From assembly GCA_963719315.1 (NCBI GenBank), contig CAVRBU010000003.1, forward strand, positions 256,001 to 320,000: a DNA stretch of 64,000 bases. Direction: 5' to 3'. Positions within the stretch are counted from its first letter, which is position 1. Each line of letters starts with the position of its first letter. Made by a program: the position numbers and the translations under genes. The notes beneath the pieces were generated by a model. The model saw nothing but the letters and a program-made list of their open reading frames with translations. It did not search any database and had not been told where the DNA came from. Positions 1 through 10,430 of the stretch are shown here, piece by piece. Source of the DNA: an uncultured Planctomycetota bacterium (GTDB lineage Bacteria > Planctomycetota > Planctomycetia > Pirellulales > Lacipirellulaceae).

Positions 1-2
1 CC

Positions 3-821
3 TCGTTTGCACAACGCCGAATCCGTAACGGGGGCGCCACGATGATCTTCGTGGCGCTCGTGTGGTTGTGGGTGCGCGGGCGGGAGCGGAATCTCACGCC
101 GTCGTCGTTTGCGACCGGGTATATCATGCTGGCCGCGGTGTTGTTTTTGGCGGCCTACAACCTTCGCAAGAAGTTGCCGTTTTTGCCGCTGGGCAGTTCG
201 AGGGCGTGGCTGCAATGGCATTTGTATGTCGGCATTGGCAGCGTCGGGATCTTTGCGCTGCACGCGGGTCTGCGGTGGCCGAATGGGATTCTGGAAACGG
301 CATTGGCCTGCGTGTATGTGTCCACCGTCGGCAGCGGAGTCCTCGGGTTGTATTGGACGCGGACCATCCCAGCGCAACTCGCGCGGGTGGGGGAAGAGGT
401 AATCTACGAACGAATTCCGGCACTACATCGGCAAGTTCAACGGCAGGCGGGCGAGGTGGTGCTGGAGTCGGTTACTGCGTCCGGAGCGACAACGTTAGCC
501 GATTTCTATGTGACGCGGCTGTACGATTTCTTTTATCGCTCGCGGAGCGTGTCGTATTTCTTGCGCCCGACGACGGCGTTGCGTCGATCGCTGATGGAGG
601 AGATGCAGAATCTGCGACGGTATCTGTCGGAACACGAGTTGACCGCGTGCGAGCGGTTGTTCGCGCTCGTGCGGCGGAAAGATGATTTGGATTTTCACGC
701 GGCCCGGCAAGGGTTGCTCAAAGACTGGTTGTTCGTGCACATCGGGCTGACGTATGCGCTCGTGGTGCTGGCCGTTTTGCATGGGCTGTTGGCGCTGGCG
801 TTCCGCGGAGGTGCCGCGTGA
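3..821 (+). CDS. Polytopic membrane protein with two H-X13-H pairs (ferric-reductase-like, putative di-heme b)
   Basis: Hydrophobic segments WHLYVGIGSVGIFALH and VHIGLTYALVVLAVLH. The frame is open to the window edge, so the true start may be upstream of ATG 42. Stop overlaps the GTG of the next gene. Confidence 0.7.
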   Translation, partial: SFAQRRIRNGGATMIFVALVWLWVRGRERNLTPSSFATGYIMLAAVLFLAAYNLRKKLPFLPLGSSRAWLQWHLYVGIGSVGIFALHAGLRWPNGILETALACVYVSTVGSGVLGLYWTRTIPAQLARVGEEVIYERIPALHRQVQRQAGEVVLESVTASGATTLADFYVTRLYDFFYRSRSVSYFLRPTTALRRSLMEEMQNLRRYLSEHELTACERLFALVRRKDDLDFHAARQGLLKDWLFVHIGLTYALVVLAVLHGLLALAFRGGAA

Positions 822-2946
822 GGGAGCCGAGGCCAGATTTTTCGACGAGCCAGTACGAGCGGCCTAACCAGCCGTGGGTGTGCGGGCTTTCGGAGCATGG
901 CCACGCGTGCCCAGCGGGGCCGACGGCGCGCGGCGCTGCCCTGTTCTGGCCGAGTGTGCGCGATGCGCGACGGCGATCGGTGGCAGTGTAATCGCTCGTC
1001 GATCCGCGGTGGACCGTGCGACGAAGGGCCGACGCCGGAGGGCGGTTGTGGCTGTGTACATTCCTGTCGACCGGTGCGTAGCTTGCGGGCGAAGCGCGGT
1101 CGCTTCATCGCGGCTTGTGCTGTGCTGGCGACTGGTTGTGTGTTCATTGCGCTCGGCGTGGACTCGCGCGACCGTATTATCAGGCCGGGGCCGCTCGCCC
1201 AACAGCATGCGCAGTTGTTGGAACGCGCGGGCGGCACGCCAAATTGCGGCGCGTGCCACGCGGCGGCGTCGCAGAGCGTGGCGGGGTGGGCGATGTCTTT
1301 GGTAGTTGCGCACGACGATCTACCGACTCAATCTCAACTTTGCATGAACTGCCACGAGACGACGATTTCAAAACAGCACGCACTCGCAGCTCACAATCTG
1401 CCGTGGCTAGAAAAGGGGTCAGAACTGTTTTCTTCAATTGCCGGAACCGGTCGTCCTCTTTCGACTCGTCGAGAAAATAGTTCTGACCCCTTTTGTATCG
1501 CGTGCGCGGCTTGTCATCGCGAGCACCATGGGGCAGATGTGAACCTGGTAGCGATCGATAACGCGGCTTGCCAGTCGTGCCATCAGCAGCGGTACCAGAG
1601 TTTTGCCGAGGACCATCCGGATTTTGGCATCTGGCCGTATGAACGGCGGACGCGGATTGTGTTCAATCATGCTTCGCATCGTGGCAAGCACTTTGCAGAG
1701 AAGAAACAGGCGTTCGACTGCCGATCGTGCCACGTGAGCGATGCTTCGGGACGTGTCGAGCGGCTGGCAAGTTATGAGACGGCCTGCGCAGCCTGCCACG
1801 ATGAGAGGATCGCCACGAGCGTAGGCCGTGGCGTACCGATGTTCGCGCTGCCGACGCTGGATCTCGCGGCGGTGAAAAAAACGGGCCGCGATATTGGCCC
1901 GTGGCCGGAGGGGGCCACCGGCGATTTCGATGGCCGGTTGCCACCGGCGATGAAGCTGCTGCTCGCGGCCGATCCTGCGGCAGCACGAGCGATGACGAAG
2001 CTGGGCGAGAATTTCGAGTTTCAGGACGTTGATCCCCATGACGCGCAACAAGTTTCGGCGTGCGCCGATTTGGCGGCGGCAATCGAGGCACTTTTCGCGG
2101 ATCTGATCAAGCGCGGGCCGGTGGCCCTGCGCGAACGGTTATCGGCAACTCTGGGGCGGGACGTGACGGCCGCGGAGGCCACAACGCTTATGGCAGGGCT
2201 TTCGCTGGACACGCTGCGTGGGGCAACAACTTGGCTGCCGGGGGTTGGTGCCGGCGCGGTCGAGTGGCAAGTAGGCAGCGTGGGTGGCATGTTTTCGACG
2301 CGAGGCGGCGCGAGCATGTTGCGGCCGCGCACCGGCATGCCTACGCCGGCGGCCGGCGAAGGCATAGCAGCCGGACATGTGGCACTCGGCGGGGAGCCGA
2401 GCTACGGGCCATCGGGTACTTGGAGCCGCGACGATGCGACGTTTTCGGTGCGATATCAACCGGCGGCGCATGCCGATCCAGTGCTGGCGTCGTGGCTCGA
2501 AGTGTTGGCGAAGACACCGCAATTGGAGTCGCGGCCCGTGGCGGCGGCGATGATCAAAGAACTCTCGAAGCCCACCGCGCCGGGATTATGTGCGTCCTGC
2601 CACAGCGTGGAACAAAGCGAAGGCGGAGCATTGGCCGTTAACTGGCGGCGCCTACGATCGCTCGACCGAGCCGCGCGGCTTTACGAAGTTCGCCCATGGG
2701 CCGCACTTGACGTTGCCACAGTTGGAGAATTGCGCGAGTTGCCATGCGATTGATGATGCGGCGAACGCGGCGGGATCGTATGCGGACTTAAGTCCGCACC
2801 ACTTTGTGAGTGAGTTCAAGCCGATGGCGAAGCAGCAGTGTGCGGCGTGTCACACGAAGGCCGCGGCCGGGGATAGCTGCCAGTCGTGCCACAATTATCA
2901 TGTGGATGCTAGAGGGTTCAGGGTTCAGGGTTCAGGTTTGAAATAA
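818..2946 (+). CDS. Membrane-anchored multiheme cytochrome c (10 CxxCH), split by frameshifts near 930-960 and ~2650
   Basis: 7 CxxCH in ORF 897-2753 (CGACH, CMNCH, CAACH, CQSCH, CRSCH, CAACH, CASCH) and 3 in ORF 2590-2946 (CASCH, CAACH, CQSCH). GTG 818 opens YERPNQPWVCG..., a Cys-rich N-terminus followed by one TM helix. Confidence 0.8.
1411..1494. repeat. REP-like inverted repeat inserted in frame in the cytochrome gene
   Basis: AAAAGGGGTCAGAACTGTTTTCT (1411-1433) and AGAAAATAGTTCTGACCCCTTTT (1472-1494): 23-bp inverted repeat with 1 mismatch, spanning 84 bp. Confidence 0.85.
2282..2372. repeat. Degenerate REP-like element in the cytochrome gene, same family as 51942-52032
   Basis: GGGTGGCATG...GCGGCGCGAGCATGTT...GCATGCCTACGCCG...GGCCGGCGAAGGCAT aligns by eye with the intergenic copy. 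Confidence 0.7.
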
Positions 2947-2972
2947 AAACTGAACCCTGAACTCTGAACCCT
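2913..2972. repeat. Inverted heptamer tandem-repeat hairpin between convergent genes
   Basis: (AGGGTTC)x3 followed by CTGAACCCTGAACTCTGAACCCT. Confidence 0.85.
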
Positions 2973-2975
2973 TGC

Positions 2976-5021
2976 CTAGAATTTCCAGCGGAACTCGGCG
3001 CGAGCGCCGCTGACGTCGGGGGCGTCGTCGAAGAGGCCGTGCATGACGTCGAACCGCAGGAGCGTCGCATTGGAGATGGGCACCTGGTAACGGGCACCGA
3101 TGCCGTACTGATTTCCCGGTGCGTTGCGAAGGGCCGGGTCGCCAAAAACCTGCACCGTAGCAAATTCGACGATGAGCTGGTGCGTGAATTCGGGCGAGAG
3201 CAGATCGATGCCGAAGGCTGCGCCGTAAGTGTTAGCGGCCGTGGCGTCGAGCGTGGGGAAGCCGGTGAGGTTGTCGGACTCGAACAGGATGCCGGTATTG
3301 CGCAGCACGCCGCCGGCGGCGCCGGCGCGGGCGACCGATTGCGGATCGTCGAAGCCGGACCACAGATTGATGTACGGAATCACATTGTACGGCCAGCGCG
3401 TAAGGAATGAATTCTCGGCGATAAGGAGCACGCCGTTGGCCGTTCGATCGTCGGTTGGGCCGTTCTGGCCGGAGTTGACGATCACGCGCATGGAGTTCGA
3501 CAGCAGGTTCAGGTATCGCCGCGTGTAGGAGATGCCGACGTTGTTGTAGCTGCGGCCTTGGTTGGCGGTGTCGTCCAAGAAGGCGTAGCCGAGCTCGATA
3601 TAGCCGCCCTTGGATTCGATCATCGTGATGACGCCGAAGACGTTGGCCGCGGCCTGACTGTTCTCGAACGCCGGGCTGGTGACCTGGTCGAAGCCGGCGA
3701 AGAACGTGATGTCGTAGTTCGACCAATCGAGGGTTGGGTTGTTACGCGCCGGGATTGTGGCCGCCACGCCGACGATTGCGTCTTCCATCCACACGCCGTT
3801 CTGGAACAGCAGCGGGATCAGGCCGACGGTGACCGGCATATCGAACTGCGCGTATTTTCCGGTCCAGCCGCCCAGCATGTAACCGAGGTCGCCTTCGAAG
3901 AACGCGGTGTCGGTATCGGCGTTGAAGAAATCGAGCTCGTTGAAGAACTCGCTGCCGCCGTTGTCGAATTCGACGCGTTGAAAATCGTTGCCGCGCTGCA
4001 GCGGGCCGGTGAACATGTGGAACCGTTCGGTCGAAGTGAGCCACAGGTCCCATTCGAGGTTCAGGCGGTTGGCGACGACACCCTGGGCGTTCGCGTTTTG
4101 ATCGTTGTACGCGGCGGCGGCGCGATAGTCGCCGTAGATATAAAACCGCGGCAACGAGGGGTTGGTCGGGCCGCAATCGAGCGATGGCGGCGGCACCGGG
4201 CCAGTGTCGTACAGCGGAAAGCCCCATTCGACGAGCGGCCGCTGCGTGGGGTTCAGGTATTTGTCGCCGTAGACGCCGAGTTCGGCGCACGTGTCGTAGG
4301 GCTGATCGCAGAACGGGTCGGGACTGAAGTCGCCGGTGCTGTAGGGCGAGAGTTGGGCGCGGCCGTCAATGCAGGGTGGCTGAGGTGGAGCGCAGCGACC
4401 CCCCATCTGCACTGGGGGCTCGCCTTCGGCTCGACCCCAGCCACCCGAAGAACCCGATTCACATTGGTTGCAATCGGTGCATGGCGGCGGGCCGAAGATT
4501 GAGGCGTACGGCGAGGGCGGGCCGCACGGGGGCGCCGCTGTGTAGGCGCCGTGAACTGAATCGACGCCCGGCGTGCGGGGCGCGATGAGGCCGTAACGAC
4601 ACAGGCTGGGCATGAAATACGATTGCACGTGCCACGCATCGCACGGTGGCGGGCAGTTGTACGACGGTCCCGCATCCATCACGCCGCGCTCCTCCCAAGC
4701 ATCGCCCGCGATTGGCGGCGGGGCGAAGACGGCGGAGGTGGGAGTGGGGAATGGGGAATGGGGAGTGGGGAGTGCGGAAGGCGGAGTATTGCTGCTAGGC
4801 GATTCTCCCTCACCCCGGCCCTCTCCCGGAGGGAGAGGGAGAGTTTCGGATTGCGCGGGGAGCGAGGCGAGGCGCGGGGACCAGGACTCGGATGGATACG
4901 GCGTCCACGCTTCGGACGGATATTCTTCCGCGACCAATCGGCTGCTCGCGAGCGCAGCGACGATGAACGCCAGCCGAATCGCGGCGGGCATTCTTCGACG
5001 GGATTGAGCGAAAGTCGTCAT
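2976..5021 (-). CDS. Putative outer-membrane beta-barrel protein with a Pro/Cys-rich N-terminal region
   Basis: Signal-peptide-like N-terminus. The C-terminal ~400 aa show alternating hydrophobic/aromatic strands and end in AEFRWKF (terminal Phe). Start codon uncertain (4991, 5021 or 5051). Confidence 0.65.
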   Translation of the reverse strand: MTTFAQSRRRMPAAIRLAFIVAALASSRLVAEEYPSEAWTPYPSESWSPRLASLPAQSETLPLPPGEGRGEGESPSSNTPPSALPTPHSPFPTPTSAVFAPPPIAGDAWEERGVMDAGPSYNCPPPCDAWHVQSYFMPSLCRYGLIAPRTPGVDSVHGAYTAAPPCGPPSPYASIFGPPPCTDCNQCESGSSGGWGRAEGEPPVQMGGRCAPPQPPCIDGRAQLSPYSTGDFSPDPFCDQPYDTCAELGVYGDKYLNPTQRPLVEWGFPLYDTGPVPPPSLDCGPTNPSLPRFYIYGDYRAAAAYNDQNANAQGVVANRLNLEWDLWLTSTERFHMFTGPLQRGNDFQRVEFDNGGSEFFNELDFFNADTDTAFFEGDLGYMLGGWTGKYAQFDMPVTVGLIPLLFQNGVWMEDAIVGVAATIPARNNPTLDWSNYDITFFAGFDQVTSPAFENSQAAANVFGVITMIESKGGYIELGYAFLDDTANQGRSYNNVGISYTRRYLNLLSNSMRVIVNSGQNGPTDDRTANGVLLIAENSFLTRWPYNVIPYINLWSGFDDPQSVARAGAAGGVLRNTGILFESDNLTGFPTLDATAANTYGAAFGIDLLSPEFTHQLIVEFATVQVFGDPALRNAPGNQYGIGARYQVPISNATLLRFDVMHGLFDDAPDVSGARAEFRWKF
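4807..4840. repeat. CCCTCACCCC/GGGAGAGGG-type REP palindrome within CDS; related copies at ~7121-7198, 31640-31674, 42502-42535 and 55946-55974
   Basis: CCCTCACCCCGGCCCTCTCCCGGAGGGAGAGGG, translated as LPLPPGEGRGEG. Confidence 0.75.
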
Positions 5022-5126
5022 CGAATTCTTGTTTGGAACACTAATCATCACTAATTTCCGCTAATCTGCATTAGTGACGATTAGCGGAGATTTGTGTTCC
5101 CTCTTCCGATTGCATTTTCACTGTTG

Positions 5127-7627
5127 TCAGCGGACTTCGAACTCCACGCTCATTGGGTGGATATCGATCATCCCTTCGTTCATCGCCCGCTCCATCTCGG
5201 CCGTTGCGTTGCAAAACCGCATGAAGTAAATCGGCTCGGAGCGGCTGCGGAGGCGGAACGATAGGCGGTACGTGCCAGGCTGGCGAATGAGCTCGCCCGG
5301 AATGCGGTACGGCACACGGCGCGAGCCGAGTGGGGCGAGCGATTGGCTTTCCATGCGGATGAACGGCGGATGGTTGAGCACGGTGATCGGCTGCGCGCCG
5401 GGGCGGATGAACGGCAGTTGGTCGATGTCCAGATTCACCGGCACATAGAATTCGCGGTCGGTGCCCTTCGCGCCGGTGATCAGGAACATCGTCTGCAGGT
5501 TGAACAGTTGCCAGTCGTACGGCAGCGTCTTGTTGCGCACATCGTACGAATGGATGTTGGCCACGTCGCCCGAGGAATCGGTGTAACCGGTTTCCCAGAG
5601 CCGCGTGCCATCGGGGCCGACGAGTACGATGTTGCCCCACAATTGCGGCTGGGCACCGAGCGACGCGGTGAGCAAGTTGTGGCCGTCGTTCGTGTTCGTG
5701 ATGATGTAGTTGAATTTCACATCCTGCCCGCGGCAGAGTTGCGAATCGAAGAACGGGCCTTCGACGTGCGAGCCGTTCTCCATCACCTGCACGCGGAGGT
5801 CGCGCTTGAGCTCGATCTTCTTGAGGTTGGCGTCGATGATTTCGCGGGCATCGAGTCGGTCGTCGGCCTCAGCCCACACGGGCGGGAACGTGCATTGCAA
5901 CTGCCCGTCGGCCACGCGGTCTTCGAATTCCTTCGTGCCCCAGCCGGCGCGCCAATCGAACGTGAGCCACTGCTCCATCGTCCAGCGGTTGGCCTTCAGG
6001 TTGAACGGGAAGACGCCGGGGTGGGCGATTGGATAGTTCGGGCCGTAGAAAACGTGGTTCGACTTCTTGCGGTTGTCATTCACCGTTTTGCCGGAGACTT
6101 TGGCGATGGGTCCGCAGTCGTAGCCGAGCGGCAGGCCTGGCACGCGGCCCATGTGGCAGTCCTGGCATTGAATGCCCTTCTTGCACGCGGGACTCGCGCG
6201 GTACTGCTCCCATACGACCTCCAGTTTGATGCCCGGGTACACGGCCACTTGATGGCACGGCGTGCAGAACTCGCTCCGCGTGAGCGGTTGGAAATACACA
6301 CCGGCGATGTGGATGTTCTGGCCGGGGCCCGGCTCGTTCGGAGCAGTTTTGACTTTGAACTGTTCCTTGTGGGCGATTGTGTCGGCCACTCCGTCGCCGC
6401 CGATGCCGCCGAAGACGGGGGCGAAAATGTCGCCCGGCTCGATCCGCCGCTCGCCGTTCGATTTGCCGTAGGCGTATTGCACGCGATGACAGGCGACGCA
6501 GGTGATTCCCTCGCGGGCCGCCTCGGGCAAATTCCACAGCGGCTCATCGCGCGTTGCGCAGAGCGACGTGGCCACCGGCGCGTGGCACCGCATGCAGAAA
6601 TAGCCGACCGTGCCCTGCGACAAGTCGTTGAGCTTCTGCTCGAACTTGTTGAACATGGGTGAGACGGCGGCGTAAGCGTGCGCCGACATGCTCCACTGCT
6701 CGTAGATCTCCTCGTGGCAGACTGCGCATTCGCGAGCCGAGGGGTAGGCGTTTTTGGTGAACAGCTCCAGGTGTGGATCGATGGCGGGCGGCGGGGCGAA
6801 GACGGGGGCGGGAGGGGTGGGGAGTGGGGAGTAGGGAGTGGGGAGTTCGGATTCGGTTGCGGATGGTCCGGCTGCGGGCGCGGGGGGCGGGAAAATGGGC
6901 TGGGGGGCGAGAGGTGCGGAGCGAGGGGCGAGGTCGGAACTTGGTGGCGAGGATGGAATCTCCGGAGCGGCTGCGTTTGGTTTGGCGCTTGGCTCACTTT
7001 CCTTGGCGGCTGGATCGGTTGGAGGCGATTCAGTCTGCGCGGGAGGTGCCGCGCCGGCCGGCGGTTTTTCATTCGGACCGAACCAGTCTTTGGGATCGAC
7101 TAGCCACTCTCCACGGTTTCCCTTCCCTTTTTGGGAGGGGCCAGGGGAGGGTTCAGCGGCCGATCCCTCGCCCAATCTCTCCCCGGAGGGGCGAGGAGTT
7201 TTTGCGCCTGGGCGATGCGGACCGGGTAGCGAATGCGGGGCACGGCCGGTTCATACGCCGGATTTGGAACGTGGTCGGCCGTCTCGCGATACGGTGGCAG
7301 AATCGCGTCGACTTTTTCCGGCGAGTTGGCGACGGTTTCCAAATCGATGACCGCGGCAAGCGGGCAGGCTTTGTAGAACTCGGCGAGCTCGGCATCGGCG
7401 CGGGCTCGCGATGCTGTTGAGAGCTCGCCGACCACGGCGGCCGTGGGGCCCGTCGACCCCAGCGACTCTCGCGATGCTGCTGGGGGCTCGCTGGCGCTTG
7501 ACCCCAGCCACCCGGCTGTTGTGCAGGCCAGGTACGCGATTCGGCCGGCCGTGGCGAGCACGGCGGTGGCGAATGCGAAGTGGCCCAGGCGGCTGAGGAG
7601 CGAGTTTTTGGCGTGCGGGTGACTCAC
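5127..7627 (-). CDS. Multiheme cytochrome c (cytochrome c554-like, 5 CxxCH) with long Pro-rich N-terminus; frameshift near 7170
   Basis: CAVCH, CMRCH, CVACH, CTPCH, CQDCH and the W..S.HA pattern after the first heme. The hydrophobic leader (GHFAFATAVLATAG) is in the overlapping ORF 7100-7738; probable start is GTG 7627. Confidence 0.75.
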
Positions 7628-7665
7628 GAGGCGATCGCGGTGAGGTGGCGATAGAACGTCAGGCA

Positions 7666-7995
7666 AACGCTGGCGGGGAGACCTGCGGTCGGGGGTTGTG
7701 CGGGGTCGGGAGACCCGCGCACAACTCATGTCAGGCACGCCTGACCTACGGGCACGACAACACGTCTCTCGTTATCGAGCAGGCACGACCGACAAATCCG
7801 GTTTTTCGTGCCTGCACGGCAAAGCCGGCGTGCCGGGCAGAACCGGCAGAAGCGGTATATGCCGCAAGGTTTGACAGGCGAGTCGGAAAAGACAAGGAGC
7901 CAAGGAGCCAAGGAGACAGGGAGACAAGGAGGAACGCTGGCGGGGAGACCTGCGGTCGGCGGTTGTGCGGGGTCGGGAGACCCATGCACAACTCA
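7666..7995. repeat. Pair of ~63-bp direct repeats (7666-7728, 7933-7995) with internal hairpin, separated by GAGACAAG-like octamer repeats
   Basis: AACGCTGGCGGGGAGACCTGCGGTCGG.GGTTGTGCGGGGTCGGGAGACCC..GCACAACTCA occurs twice. Confidence 0.85.
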
Positions 7996-8020
7996 GTCCC
8001 GCGCACAGCGCACAACCGGG

Positions 8021-8640
8021 TTAGCGGCCTTGCTCGTCGAGCAGCGTTGTCAGGCGAGCGGCCAATTCTGTCGGCAATGCGGCGAGGAGCGGGCGATCGG
8101 CCAAACCGACGTCGATCAAATCGCGGAGGTGTAGACGGTCCTGCTCACGATTGGCCATGAGCTTCATTTAGACGAGCTTTTCCAGCGAAACCACACGATG
8201 ATCGCCCGGCAAAGTCGTTTGGTCGGTCAAAACGGGCGCGGCAACCACATCGCTGGGTCGTACGATTTCGCCCGCCCAAACTATATGCACCGCGTGTCGG
8301 GGATTCGGGTCGCGGCGGTCGAGGAACATGCCGACGCCCATGGTTTCGAAATAATCCATGTCGGCGGTGCGGGCAGCGGCGCGGCGCGGGGCAGCTCGGC
8401 GCGGGCCAGCAGCACGTCGACTTCCTTCGTCGTGCGAACGGCGGCTGGATCCTTCGTCGCGACCCACAAGGCAACGGCCTGGCCGCCGACCAGCGCGTAA
8501 GAAACACCGCCCCCACGAAAGGCCGACGTAATGCGTTGCAGGCGATCGGCGATGTCATCGAGGGCCATGATGTAACGCTTCCAAACGTCGGCGACGGGCG
8601 ATCCATAAGTTTCGGAATCGCTGGCGGAGGCAATCGTCAT
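8021..8640 (-). pseudogene. Nucleotidyltransferase-family (TA-like) gene with a frameshift and an in-frame TAA
   Basis: YALVGGQAV...RTTKEVDVLL in one frame continues in another frame as ...VVSLEKLV*MKLMANREQDRLHLRDLIDVGL, ending at TAA 8021. Confidence 0.65.
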
Positions 8641-8730
8641 AGTTATCAGCGTATCTGCGAGCGCGGACCGCAGCAAGCTCGGGGAGCGGCGGGTGGTGGC
8701 CTAATTTGGCACCGTTCGGACCGGAACTTT

Positions 8731-8781
8731 GTAGCACGGACTTCAGTCCGTATGAGGAGCACGGACTGAAGTCCGTGATAC
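8731..8781. repeat. GTAG-type REP doublet
   Basis: GTAGCACGGACTTCAGTCCGT...ACGGACTGAAGTCCGTGATAC. Confidence 0.85.
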
Positions 8782-8801
8782 GAGCAAGCTGTGCCGCAAA
8801 G

Positions 8802-9074
8802 GTAGGTCCCTTCTGCCGGAAGGGACCTTGCGAATTCACGTTGTGGCAAAGCGGGTCCAGGTCCCGCTCGGCAAGCGGGACCCACTTTTTTCGCCGCTGC
8901 GTGAGATGCAGTGCCCGATTCTAGTCGATCAATCCAAGTCGCCTCATCGGGGTCGGAGACATTTCCCACAACTTTCCCGATTCAACCTATGTAGGTCCCT
9001 TCTGCCGGAAGGGACCTTGCGAATTCACGTTGTGGCAGAGCGGGTCCAGGTCCCGCTCGGCAAGCGGGACCTAC
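8802..9074. repeat. Two copies of a GTAG-type REP doublet (8802-8885, 8991-9074)
   Basis: GTAGGTCCCTTCTGCCGGAAGGGACC...GGTCCCGCTCGGCAAGCGGGACC(T/C)AC; the two copies are nearly identical. Confidence 0.9.
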
Positions 9075-10294
9075 TTTTGGGAGACTCGGCGGAGGCGAGT
9101 GACGTGGAAGAAGGCGGCGAAGGCCACGGCCATTAGTGCCGCGCTGGATGGTTCGGGCGTTGGATTTGCGTTCCCGTCGTAAGACGTGCTTTGAATGAAA
9201 GAGGCGTCCGATAGGGCGTGCACTTGTGAATCCGTGAGGAAACCAAGCATCTGCGGAATGACGAGCGAATTGTCGACGATCCAGCCAGGTCCGTCAAAAT
9301 TCCGCAACTCAGACAAGGGCGGCGGCACGTCGCCAACGAAGTCGATCGTGGAATAGTAAGGCCAATCGATCCAAGGCATTGGCCCCCCGAAAATCGGCTG
9401 GGGCATTAAAATCGGGATTTCGGGCGCAACGATCGAGATTTCGTCAATCGTTTCGGTCGGACGCGGCACCCAAACCGAAGGACCGTCGCTGGGAACCTCT
9501 GCTTGAGGCGACTTTGGGGGTTGCGGTAGTGGCTCGGGCTCATTGATTACCACGGGCGGCGTTACGAGCGGCGGAACCGGGAATGTAGGCTGCACTTCGA
9601 TTGGCGCGATAACAGCCGGTGGCGGAGGGGGTGGCGTGAAAGCGGGCTCGGGGAGCACGCGCGAAGCGTTGTCGATCGGAGTGCCGAACTCGATGACCGA
9701 TCCGGCGGCCGTACCGGGCACTAGCACAAAATTACCTTGCCCATCTACCAAGCTAAACGTGATGTCGTTGGTCGAGAGGGCCGAGTACGTAGCGCCGTCC
9801 CATTGCACAAATATGGAACCAAGCTGCGATTGGCCGTTCTGGCCTAGCATTCCGCGAGGGTCGGACGCATCGAGATGCATAGCGATCGACGCGATGATAC
9901 GGTGCAGGTCGCTCGTGTTGGTTCCAGCATCAGTGTTGACGATATAGGTCGATCCATTGGGAGGGAGCGAACCATCCCAACCGGCGCCGGTCGCTAGCGA
10001 ATTCCAACCGAGCATATCGTGCAAGCCGCCCGTTAAATTAATATCGAAAAGGGAGTTGGCAAAGCCGCGCTCATTGGCGGTGAGGCCGTCGATCAGGAAG
10101 TTGAAATCGACCTGGTAGATTCCTGGACCTGCGAGAATGCGTCCCTCAGCAGAAACGTCGAACGCCAACGGAGCGAAAGCATCGTCGAAGCGACCGACCA
10201 CCGTAGGGGTGATGGTAAGATTCGCCGCAGGGACTTTCGCGGCGATCCAAGTATTCTCCATTACGACTATTGCCCAAAGTAGGTAATGCTTCAT
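9071..10294 (-). CDS. PEP-CTERM sorting domain protein with Pro-rich linker
   Basis: C-terminal PTPEPSSAALMAVAFAAFF...RLRR. Confidence 0.8.
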   Translation of the reverse strand: MKHYLLWAIVVMENTWIAAKVPAANLTITPTVVGRFDDAFAPLAFDVSAEGRILAGPGIYQVDFNFLIDGLTANERGFANSLFDINLTGGLHDMLGWNSLATGAGWDGSLPPNGSTYIVNTDAGTNTSDLHRIIASIAMHLDASDPRGMLGQNGQSQLGSIFVQWDGATYSALSTNDITFSLVDGQGNFVLVPGTAAGSVIEFGTPIDNASRVLPEPAFTPPPPPPAVIAPIEVQPTFPVPPLVTPPVVINEPEPLPQPPKSPQAEVPSDGPSVWVPRPTETIDEISIVAPEIPILMPQPIFGGPMPWIDWPYYSTIDFVGDVPPPLSELRNFDGPGWIVDNSLVIPQMLGFLTDSQVHALSDASFIQSTSYDGNANPTPEPSSAALMAVAFAAFFHVTRLRRVSQK

Positions 10295-10372
10295 CAATGA
10301 CTCCGGTCCGGTGGAGTCGTAACTATAACACAGCGTGTTATTGCGACCAATCTCGACCGCACACACGGAAAC

Positions 10373-10404
10373 AAAAAAGGGCCCCGGAAAACTCCAGGGC
10401 CCTT
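10373..10404 (-). terminator. Rho-independent terminator
   Basis: AAGGGCCC...GGGCCCTT stem followed by T6 on the minus strand, just after the 10431 stop. Confidence 0.7.
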
Positions 10405-10430
10405 GAGGACTTCAAGTTGTCAGGCAACGG

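Noticed and set aside
7666..9074. Repeated ~60-85 bp units as a CRISPR array
   Set aside because: Only two copies each, palindromic GTAG-type structure, irregular spacing, dispersed copies elsewhere and no cas genes; these are REP-like elements.
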